Assembly: GCA_032718475.1 (NCBI GenBank)
Contig: JAUCBJ010007949.1
Coordinates: 1-46,581, forward strand
Length of the DNA stretch: 46,581 nt
Direction of reading: 5' to 3'
Source of the DNA: Nemertoderma westbladi
Taxonomy: Eukaryota; Animalia; Xenacoelomorpha
Both the position numbers and the translations under genes were made by a program. Of this stretch, positions 26,344 to 36,900 are shown piece by piece. Under the pieces are notes generated by a model. It had not been told where the DNA came from. It did no database searches and saw nothing but the letters and a program-made list of their open reading frames with translations. Position 1 is the stretch's first letter; each line of letters begins with the position of its first letter.

Positions 26344-29297
26344 CTATCGACGTTACGGAACGGAGTCAGAAAGCGCCGGAAACATTCGAAACGTATGAAC
26401 TTATTGTGTTCGTCTAACTTGGCGAGTTTAGTTCCAAGTATTAAGGGATGAGCGCGTATGGTACGACTGCACACATCGGCTAGCCAACCGGCAAGTGCTG
26501 CGTTTTCAAAGATCGTGTATATAGCTAAGGAAGGGCGAAGTGGAACACTCATAAAGCTATATACGGCACCAGGCGCAGTTAATGGTCCATCAAAATATAA
26601 ATGAGAGTAATGATCTCCATATACTTGCTGGTAATTGGTAGGATTTCCAACTTTGAAATTCCATCCATATTCTTGAAAGGCAAGATGTCCGATGGATGTC
26701 CGTTGTACCTTAGTAATGTCGCTGGGTGTATTGGCATACATAGTGCGAAAGAAACCTCGGCCTTCGGCCCAAGGGGCAATCAGTTGAGTATCAACGAAAG
26801 GGTATAGAATGTTTTCCATATTCCGGAAGTCGTTTTGGAGATCTCCATAAACAGCTGAGCCGATTTTTAGGATTCTTTCGTTAAACAACATTTCGAGCAC
26901 GGGTTGGGGTAACATTGATCCGTCGATACCCATGGCCAGTTTGCGCTCGGTGTCGGTGACGTAACGCTGCGCGAGCTCGAATTGTCCATGTCGAAGTTTC
27001 TTTTGTGTCTCCATAAGGGTTTCAAAAGAATAATCAATCACGTCGGAACACGCTCGAGTGAATACGTGGGTAGAACCAGCGAGTCCTCGTATATGTATCA
27101 TTCGCGTAGTTCCTAGTTCTCCCACCGGAACGCTACCTTCGTTGTCATAAGTAACAACGCCATACATCTCGATAACGTTAAGAGTCTCGTTCCATTCTTT
27201 AGTGGCATTTTCGAGAGTCATTCCCACTGGATGCCACAAAGTAGCGCATTCGCTAGCATTGGGTAAATCTCTATACTTTAAGCATTGTGTAGTATAGGTT
27301 TCCACATCTCCATATCGTTTTATTCTTTCTTCCTCGAATAACACGTCAAGATTCCAGTGTACCAATCGAGTTTTAATGAATCCATCAAGATTGTACGGAG
27401 GTAATATTTCTTTCTCTATTCTGGAAATATTATACGGTTTTCGAAATGAGTTTAGTTTAACTAGCTGATCTAGATGTTTTTGTAGTTGCTCGAGTTCGAC
27501 GAGATCGAGAGGATTGATCAATGGTAGAAACTTCAGACTATGCGTAGGATCTTCTGGTTTTACCATGTAATATTGCTTTAAATTGACGTAATAAGGATGA
27601 TCCTTAATTCCATAAAATGAGTCCGGCAAAGGTCTAGCGCGTATGTTAACATCGTGTACCATGCGACGGACAAGATCCGCTCTATTGTCCGGAGGCTCAA
27701 CAAGTACACCATCGACACGAGCAGCCGCTATGGGTGGACGTTGTATCATAGGAGCGTCAGCAATGAGCTCGTGAGATCTGAGATCAGTATTAACCGGTTG
27801 AGGCTGTACCGTAGCAAAGAGCTTGTCTTTAAAATGAGGAACCATCGAGGGGTGGAGGATCGTTTTGGAATAGAGATCCGTCACGAGAATTTGAGTTTCT
27901 GGTTGGGCTAAAGCAGCTTCTTCCCTCTCAGTCAGCTCTATATGTCTCTCCTCGAGCTGATTTTCCTCAGCTTGTTGTTGCAAGCGCTCGTCCAGGAATT
28001 CCTGTAAGGAGTAGGTTCGTCCACGTTCGATGTCCTCCTCTAGATTCTGTATTTCTCTATCGAACTGGGGTAAAGCTAGTTCTTTCACCGCTTGGACTTG
28101 TTGTTGCAATTTACGTTTCTCCAAGCAATCGTAAGTTCCCTTTCCGATTTTCTGCCGAATAGCGTCCAATGCATTTCGTATCACGCTCTCTTCGACTTCT
28201 GTTACAGGTTGGATAGGAGGGAGGCCAGGACGGTTGTAGGGGTTAAACGGTGATATTAGATGACTGCGTCCTAGTCCAGCGAGGTAAGGTTGGCGAATAT
28301 CTAACGAACCCACTACCGGAGTGCCACCAATCAACTGTTCAGGTAACACTAGATCTTTGAACAGTGAGTATAGCTCGGGAGGATCCGTAATACTATTAGG
28401 ATCGAGAGTTTGAGGTATCACTTGGGAATGAGGAGGTCTGACCGAGTATTCCGGAACTCTGATCATGGGTTTGTTCAATGATCGTTTAAGGCGCGCGACC
28501 GTAGGTGATACGTCGAAAAGGTTTCGCTCGAAACTCCCATAAGTATATCGCGTAAAACTGTGTTTAGCGCAACGTCTCCGCGGATGTTTATGCCTTTCGA
28601 TCTGCTGGTTAGGTCTAGGGCATTCGTCACAGTAATACCAAAGACGCATGTCTTGAAGGGGAAACGCGGGTGATCGCTCTCCAGTTTTACAATATTCCTC
28701 CATCTGTTCGAAGCTATCTGGAACGACAGGTAGGGGTCGATCGGCGGTAAGATACATCATCGTAAAATAGAGCCGTTTGAGTTCCATTATAGGATCTGGA
28801 TGTATACCTTGGGGATATCGAGTTTCGAGGTTTTGTTGACTGGCAACATTGAGATAGGTCTCTCTTAGAAATTCTAGATATTCGTTGAAGCCGCTACGTT
28901 TATCAGGTTCTTCAACGTCTTCTCTTTCGAGTTTATTTCGAATAGAGTTCTCGTGTTCTATTCGCGATTTGTCGTTTCGACTCCGCTGGGTATGATATTT
29001 AAATAAAACCATTTCCCTTTCGGTGTCGACATCGTCGGTGTCGTGTAAATCAATAGGATGACCAGTAGTCAAGAAGTCCATATACATACCATTACGATGC
29101 GTATAGCGAGCAGTGAATTTTCTATAGTCCAATTCACGCGTAAGTTGCTCCTGGGACATTGGCGGTTCGATATAACGACCATCGTCCTCCGTAGTAGTTG
29201 GATCAGCGTCGCCGCGTATCAAGCTATCGACAAACGCTTGTAAAGGTAGAGTATATCTCTCCCTGATACCAAGATCATCTTCTATTAATTCAGTCAT
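26304..29297 (-). CDS. Cargo ORF2 (997 aa): coiled-coil region plus DEDDy/WRN-EXD-like 3'-5' exonuclease domain
   Basis: ExoI-like VVTYDNEG; ExoII-like LPQPVLEMLFNERILKIGSAVYGDL; FVDTQLIA; SIGHLAFQEYG; ExoIII-like PLx6Y candidates. No signal peptide or transmembrane segment seen. Confidence 0.75.
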   Translation of the reverse strand: MTELIEDDLGIRERYTLPLQAFVDSLIRGDADPTTTEDDGRYIEPPMSQEQLTRELDYRKFTARYTHRNGMYMDFLTTGHPIDLHDTDDVDTEREMVLFKYHTQRSRNDKSRIEHENSIRNKLEREDVEEPDKRSGFNEYLEFLRETYLNVASQQNLETRYPQGIHPDPIMELKRLYFTMMYLTADRPLPVVPDSFEQMEEYCKTGERSPAFPLQDMRLWYYCDECPRPNQQIERHKHPRRRCAKHSFTRYTYGSFERNLFDVSPTVARLKRSLNKPMIRVPEYSVRPPHSQVIPQTLDPNSITDPPELYSLFKDLVLPEQLIGGTPVVGSLDIRQPYLAGLGRSHLISPFNPYNRPGLPPIQPVTEVEESVIRNALDAIRQKIGKGTYDCLEKRKLQQQVQAVKELALPQFDREIQNLEEDIERGRTYSLQEFLDERLQQQAEENQLEERHIELTEREEAALAQPETQILVTDLYSKTILHPSMVPHFKDKLFATVQPQPVNTDLRSHELIADAPMIQRPPIAAARVDGVLVEPPDNRADLVRRMVHDVNIRARPLPDSFYGIKDHPYYVNLKQYYMVKPEDPTHSLKFLPLINPLDLVELEQLQKHLDQLVKLNSFRKPYNISRIEKEILPPYNLDGFIKTRLVHWNLDVLFEEERIKRYGDVETYTTQCLKYRDLPNASECATLWHPVGMTLENATKEWNETLNVIEMYGVVTYDNEGSVPVGELGTTRMIHIRGLAGSTHVFTRACSDVIDYSFETLMETQKKLRHGQFELAQRYVTDTERKLAMGIDGSMLPQPVLEMLFNERILKIGSAVYGDLQNDFRNMENILYPFVDTQLIAPWAEGRGFFRTMYANTPSDITKVQRTSIGHLAFQEYGWNFKVGNPTNYQQVYGDHYSHLYFDGPLTAPGAVYSFMSVPLRPSLAIYTIFENAALAGWLADVCSRTIRAHPLILGTKLAKLDEHNKFIRFECFRRFLTPFRNVDSQFKDRALTKLRN

Positions 29298-30124
29298 ATC
29301 TGCTATACGAGTTCACCAATATTATAATGAGTTTATATATTTATTAGGCGAGCGGGCGTCGCTGCCTACTTCTCCCTTGCCCCCGGACAGTATGAGATTC
29401 TCAGCGCCGATGTACCGCTGTCGCTATACTTTCGCCAACGACGTAGCCGTACAACGACAACGATAACCGGCACAAGTCACTCAACTGTCCGTCCCAAAGG
29501 CTTAGATGTACTTCAGGTTTTCCTTGGAGAGTTAGGTTACTTTTACGATTGCGACTAGCTACTGTAAACACACTTTAGCAGTAACATTCACCTATAAACT
29601 CACAAATACCACACAACTGGTCACAACTACGCACATTCGGGCCATTTGTCCGTTAGTCAATGCCTTCCAGAATGTCACTGTATTATTATGTATCCTTGGA
29701 TACTAGTGGTGCGCTATTTATTCCCTATGCTATTCAATGGGACAAGCTTTCTATTGTTCTTTTAACTCAATTCTAATTCTAGCGTGGTTGTTGCTATGGT
29801 GACATTATGCAAAGCTAGCGGTATAATTAGGGTAATTCCAATGCATACAGATCTGGGATGTTATTTAATAGTATTCTTTAATAGTCAATGTTCTGTTTTA
29901 TACATGACTTTATGAATTTTATCGGCTATTGACTATGTTTGGGAGACTTTCGCACACTCATATGCATAATAAGATAAATCTCCGCTCCCTTGATCTATTA
30001 ATTAATGGAATTTTGGGAATGTTATAAATTGCGTAAAAATGGCAATTTGTTAAATTCATTAAAAGGCATGAATTTAAATTTATTCCCTGAAATTTTATTA
30101 TTTGATAATTAAATGGACATATTT

Positions 30125-30405
30125 TGATTCTAGAACATGTCTGGGGACACAAGATCCTTAACTCTATGAAAATTGTCTTTTTAAGAATATCGATAAATGC
30201 TACGATATCTTAATTGACTAGAATTGTTGAAGGATCTGAATTTTACAGATTTTGACTTATTAGATTTGCAAATATTAAATAATTAATATTTGAGATGGGC
30301 ACCGATTTATTCCAGAACTTGTCTGGGGACGTTAACCACTGATTCTAGAATTTGTCTTTCAAGTATATCGGTGGGTGCCGCGATATCTTAATCGACTAGA
30401 ATTAC
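30125..30405. repeat. Diverged ~180-bp-period direct repeat in the pol-ORF2 spacer
   Basis: tgtctggggac...ttgtcttt...atatcg...cgatatcttaat.gactagaatt occurs at ~30139-30225 and ~30320-30402. Confidence 0.75.
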
Positions 30406-30949
30406 AGATGGTCAAAGGGTTTAACAGATTTATTTTGCGTTATACGCTACTGTTAAAGGGACATCACGCTACTATATGTATTATTTAATATACGGTATGA
30501 GAGCAATATCGCACGAAGCAATGTCAGTGTGAAGAGGCAAGTCGTTTCCAAGGTCTACCCAGAGCTTGGTTTAGCCGAGACACGAGGATCTGAACTTTGC
30601 ATTCCTAATACTCTGCCTACCAATAATACTTAAATATAGTAGTGGCTTTATTGTACTTTACTAAGTACGGACATTTCATCTTACTGTAGTTACGTATTTG
30701 TAATGTAATACGGACAGTAAGGAAGAAGGAAAATAATTATTTCTTGCCGTCGCACTAAATATAATATATACGTAATTACGTACGCAATGAACACGAACAT
30801 ATTGCACTATTCTACTAAATAATCGCTAAATAACATTCTACTAAATTAAATAAAACGATTATAATAAAATTACATAGTAATACATACATAAATATAAAAA
30901 TAACAAAATAATATAAAATAATAGAGTCACACGCCCACTCCGAACGATA

Positions 30950-33900
30950 TTAAGTTGGGGAGTCCCTAGATGTCGGTTGGATTAGGGAAGTGGTCGTGGG
31001 AAGAGTTTCTTGCCTTCCATAGTTTCCGGAGAGCTCTCTGTCTCTTTCCAGTAAACATAAACGACCCACTGGGCGATTGAGCTGTTGAGTCTCAAAGACT
31101 ATCCCTGGTTTCTTAAAGTTACGGCGCATGACGACGAGTTCTACTGATCGCACCAAACCATCGCTCGAGATATGAGTCTCGATGATACGTCCTGTTTGCC
31201 ATCGCTTACGTGGGAGATCGGGGTCCACAATAAGCACCATGTCTCCAGCGCTGACGTTTTCTTGCTGCGCAAACCACTTAGTTCGAAGTTGTAGAGTGGG
31301 CAGGTAATGTTTCTCGAAATGGTCAGCGAAACGACGGGATAGCAACTGCATAAGTTGCCAGGTTCGACGGCAGTACTCGTCTCCGTCTGTGATCTCCGAT
31401 CGTGGGAGCATGGCTACGGGTTTCTTCAGTAGAAAGTGCGCGGGTGTTAGCGCTTCCAGGGAATCCGGACTTGAAGAGACTGGCATAAGCGGTCTTTCGT
31501 TGAGATAGGCGGCGATTTCCTCCATTAACGTCCGCAATAGTTCGTCGGTGAGATAAGCGCGACAAGGTACAATAAAGTGGAACGCAGTCTTCACGCTCCT
31601 AATCAATCTCTCCCAACTTCCTCCCCACCAAGGGGCGTCGGCGGCGTTGAAGGTCCAGCTAGACGCTGTTATCTTTAGCTGATCGTCCACCTGTCTTTTG
31701 TTCCAGTCCTTTACGTAAGCTTGAATTTCGTTGTTGGCGCCAATGAAGTTCGTTCCCTTATCCGATCTCATCGTGTTACTGGTTCCGAAACGAGCGATCT
31801 GTCGTCGTAAACTCAACACGAAGCTGTTGGTGGATAGATCGTTTACCATATCGAGATGGATAGCTCTACAAGTCATACAAACGAAGATGACACACCATCT
31901 CTTGACTATAGTCCGGGCACGATATACTTCAATAGGGACAAATAAATCCACACCGGTATTAGTAAAGGGTGGTTCATAGAAGCTTACTCTTTCCCTAGGT
32001 AATTCTGCCTCTCGCTGTGTTAAAGGCCTACTGAATGCTTTCCTACAGGGTATGCAGTTCCTAAGAACTTGGTTCAGAGCCCTACGGGGTTTATAAAAAT
32101 AGTAGCGAGTTCGAATTTCGCTCAGAACTCGTTCTCTTCCAGCATGATACAGTTTGCTATGAACATCTACAATCATCTTGATTTGTATGTCAAGATTTCT
32201 AATGAGTATGGGAAACTTAGTGTCAAAGGATAAGGGGGCGTTGGTGAGCCTGCCTCCAACACGTATTAACCCATCTATCATGGTACTAGAGAAGCGATCC
32301 CTTAAGCGCATCTGCGGATTTCTTAACAACAGGAAATACTTATCAGGATCCTCATAGCATTGTAGGAGTCTCAGCATCTGTTTGTTGGTTTCATCATGCT
32401 CCTGGTAACTGATCTTCTCCTTTAGAAACCTGTCGGATACCTTGTATTGGGGAAGATCTTTAACAACATGGACTCGTGCAGATGTTGATGGAGCATCATC
32501 ACTATGGGTCTTTGTCCCGGAGTAACGATGATGAAAACATCGTTTTAAATAGGTGACGGCTTTACAGAGCCGATTCCAGGAGCTGTAGTGACGTATCGCT
32601 CTCTGCAAGAGGGGTGAGAGTCCTTGCGCGATATCTGGTATTCCAGATTTCCAATCCTTGTCACGGATTTCTAAGACTTCTTTAGTCGCGGCGGTGGGTT
32701 TCTGATCCAAAGCATCCTCTCCGGAAGTAAATAATACAGATAGATCAACCGCAGGTTTAAACAACTTCGATTTACTCGCTCGAGTTTTGGGTTTAACTTT
32801 CTCCGCTCCCTTGGCCTGTCTGATCTCTGCTGTTGTGAGATGGGGAGGCCATTCTTCTTCTTCTTTGTAGAGAAAGTCGGGTCCACCTAACCATTCGGGA
32901 GTATTTACCAATTCCTTTGGAGTCGCTCCTCGGGAAGCGATGTCTGCTGGATTAATCGTTCCGGGGCAATGTCTCCATTGGTCCATCGTCGTGCGACTAA
33001 GTATGATGGCTACCCTGTTGGTAACGAAGACGCTGAACTGACAGACTTCATTGGTTATATACTCTAACACGAGTAAAGCGTCGGTCCAATAGACAGTTTT
33101 CTCTAATGGATAGTCAATCTGTTCTGTTACATTCCGGCCGATGGCTGTAGCGTATAGAGCCGCTTTTAACTCCGCTCGAGGAACTTTCAACTTGTTGTTG
33201 ATTAATGCCTTAGAAGTAACCAAGGCGACTTTGATTCCATCCGGAGTTTCCACTCTTAGATAGGCTACTATACCTATTCCCATATCGCTGGCGTCTCCAA
33301 ACACATGGAGTTGATAGGAATACGTAGGGAGAACATGACCAAAATATGAACGGGAAATTATAAAATCCTCGATAGCCGGCAGAGAATCTTCCCATTTCAT
33401 CCACTTCTTCAATAATTCTCCCTTAAGTGGATCGTCCCATGAGTGGTTTTCAAGCCACATTTGTTGTACCAAACTACGAGCAATCAATATAACTGGGCTA
33501 ATAAATCCCAATGGATCGAAATAAGTGCTCAGTATACTTAAGCAAATCCGTTTGGTTCGAACTGGATTATCTCGCTGTTTTAGCTGGAAAAACAGAATAT
33601 CTCGCTCTGTGTCCCATTTCAAGCCGAGTGTCTTGGTTTCTGGCAGATCATCTTTGATCAAATCTAGATCTTTCGCCCCTCGATCTTCCGCAGGGATCGA
33701 CTCCAGAAACTCACGGGAGTTGCTGGTGAATTTTGTTAATCGAAACCCACCTCTTTTTAAGCACTCTACCGTTCCTTTAGCGACCTCAATGGCTTCCTCA
33801 ACTGATGGGAGGGACTTCAGATTGTCGTCCATGTATATGTCTCTCTTGATGTTGTCGATCACTTCCTTAGAGAATGCCTCTCGGTTGTCCTCTGCAGTGG

Positions 33901-36900
33901 TACGCACTACCGAACAGGCGTTGGAAGGGCTTGAGATTATCCCAAAGGCCTGGATGGTCATCCAGTACTCCACCGGTTTCTGGTTGAGGTCTCCTTCGGG
34001 CCACCACAGAAATCGTAGACTATCTCGATCCCTATCTAACACCTTGACTTGTAAGAACATGCCTTCTATATCGGAGGCGAAAGCAATCGAATATTGTCTC
34101 AATCTTAAAAGAATTCCCAACAAAGATTGAAGCAAGTTGGGTCCGGGTAACAATTCAGAGTTAAGGGATTGACCCATGTAAAGAGCGGAGCCATCAAACA
34201 CTACTCTCACTTCATGTGGCTTACCGGGTTTAGGAACGTAATGGTGAGTTAAGTAATACGTTCTTTCAGTCACAGGTGTTTCTTCCGGTACTCTCTCCGC
34301 GTATCCCTTACTAATAAATTTCTCCAGCTGTGTTTGATACATTGCTTTAGCTGAAGAATTAGCCGTAAGGCGTCGATGGAGTTGCGCGATTCTTTTTTCC
34401 GCCAAGGGTCTGTTATTGATGAACTTCGGTTCTCTCTTGCGGAAAGGTAGACCGACTTCATACCTACCTTGATCTTTGAGGAAACGTGTAGTTGTCTCTT
34501 GGATCTGCTTGGCCCTCTCCTCTTCCACTGATAAGGCTTTATCGTAGGAATTGGGCTCTACCGCCTCTTGCGTAAAGAATCGTACGGCATGTTCATCTCG
34601 AGTCTTGGCATTACAACGCTCAATGACATCATTTAGCTCGTCGTTATAAGCTTCTCGTTCAGATGGATAAAGAAGTTGACATAAGTTCACTTGGTTTTGC
34701 CAAGCCTCGTTTTCCTTAAGGAGGTCGATGGTATTCTCCTCATCAAAAAGCTGGTGCACGTCGTCGTTATCTGAGGAGTATGGGGTTCCCTCAGTTAAAT
34801 CGTCTCCCTCACTAGTATCATCTTCCCATTCACTCACCTGGTAGACGCGCTCTTGCGGTAGTCTTTCTCTGAGTGTTCTACGGGAAGGGCCAGTAAAGTA
34901 CCAACCTACTCTAGTTCTTACCGCATAGGTCTGTAGTGGCTGCGGTTGAGCAGGCCGTTTCTCTAATGTCTCCAGCGCCTCATGCGCGTTTTGGCCGATG
35001 AGTATTTGCACTCCAGGATAATCAGTCTGGAATCGAGGTATGTTAAGATGTTGGATGCTCTCATCCTCGTCCCAATTATAAAGGTCTGCTTGAGTAGTAG
35101 CGAAGTTCTTTATAGCCACCATTTTCACTGACCTTATGCTATGTTCTCCTAGTTCGTCCTGGGGGGTGGACAACTCTCCTACATAATAATCCGCTGTTAT
35201 TGTAGATTTCCAAACTTGCATAATGCCGGACATGTTGAGCTTAGTTTGGAACTTGGGTTGTCCAGCAAATATATCTTCGGCTAGCTCTTTGTCGATGAAT
35301 GTTCCTGTACTACCGGAGTCAAGGAGGGCGTTCACTACATAACTCCTCTTAGGTCCGTGAACCCTTACTTGCACCACAGGAAACTCTCGGATCCCTACAT
35401 TGGAAGATGGCTCTTTCCAAGATGGTTGTCGTTCAGAAGTAGTTAGAGTGAAGTCGCTGTCTGTATCCTTTTCATATGTGAGTGCTCGATACACTGCGGT
35501 ATTTATCATATAACAGGATTCGTTTTCGTCGGAGAACTCGTCCGTATAGAATCCTTCCATCTCAGATTGATCAGTGTCGTTCACATCACTGAATTGGACA
35601 TGTAGTTCGGAATCACTTACCTGATTAGGACTATTTCGATCGAATTCAGCGTGCAACAAGATATGATGTTTCGCACCACACTTTGCACACCTTATGTCTG
35701 AGTAACAGGTTCGCCGTTGATGTCCTTGTCTGAGGCAATTATAACACAACCGCTTGTCCCACATGACTTCACGTCTCTCAGTTAATGATTTCTTTAGAAA
35801 TTCATCACACATATTCAAGCGATGGGTCCCATCACATAGCGCACATTTTGGTTTGATGTTACTCACCTTAATCTGAGTCATATTGTGTACACTTGCCTTT
35901 TCTTCGGGCTTTCTCACCGGAATTCTCTTGGGAGACGTGGGAGGAGTTTTTCTTACCTGTTCTCTCCTGTCATTTGCTCGAGACTTGAATTTACTTACCT
36001 GATCTTTAGGCATTTTATTGACATAATAAGATCTATCAGTGTCTTTCCCGCTATCTTCTCCTTGAGAAGTCTGGCTTTCGCCGTCGTCTGTATAACACAC
36101 TGGTGTTACCTTTCTCCTAGAGACGGGTTTTTCACTTACCTTGTTTTCCGGTGTCTTCTCTCTGGACAGTTTCAGGAGCTGTAATTTCACTTCTCCATCT
36201 AGGAATGACATGAGATCAGCCATGGTAGGGTCTCGTCGTTGTTGTTCCATCATATATAACACTTTCTTATCCCAGCGTGTACCTACTCCACCCTTCGGTA
36301 AAGTAGAAGCCACTGCTCTAATAACCATAGCATTCTGATACTCCTGAGACTTACCTAGCCAATCTAATTGTCTACAGATCTCCTGAATCTCATCGGAAAA
36401 CTCGATAATTCCGCTGCTAATAAACTTTCGGGGCGCTACCAACTTTGCATACAAATACCCAGCGATGTTATTCCTATTACCATACCTGATGTTTAGTGTA
36501 TCCCAAACTTGTCTTAATCCGTCTGGATGTCCAATAAACTTTAACGCCATTAACTTGGGAGATCCTTCCAAGCACTCGATGAGGTATCTAAGTTTTTCTC
36601 CATTAGATAGTACAGAGTTCTGTATGTTATCTTTGTAATATTCATTAAAAGGTAACCATTTCATCTCATCTCCACTGAACTTGACGATCTCTCCCACCTT
36701 TACCGCTTGCCGGGCTTCGGTTCTAGCCATTTGACGCGTAAAACTTTCTTGGGCCATCGTGTTATTTAATATCGAGTTATCGGTATATAAATTTCTCGGA
36801 TTATGATCAGTTCTATAGGGAATGTCATTATCAACAGGTCTATAATTACCCTTAATAGGGTTTACTATAGGAGTTTCTACTTCGCTAGCAGTATATATGC

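Noticed and set aside
26304-29297. ORF2 as an envelope gene
   Set aside because: Env-like position, but no signal peptide, transmembrane anchor or Cys-rich ectodomain; exonuclease-like motifs instead.
31745-31960. Integrase deviations GVDLFVP and SDKGTNF as inactivating
   Set aside because: The catalytic D, D and E residues remain; the effect cannot be judged without family alignments.
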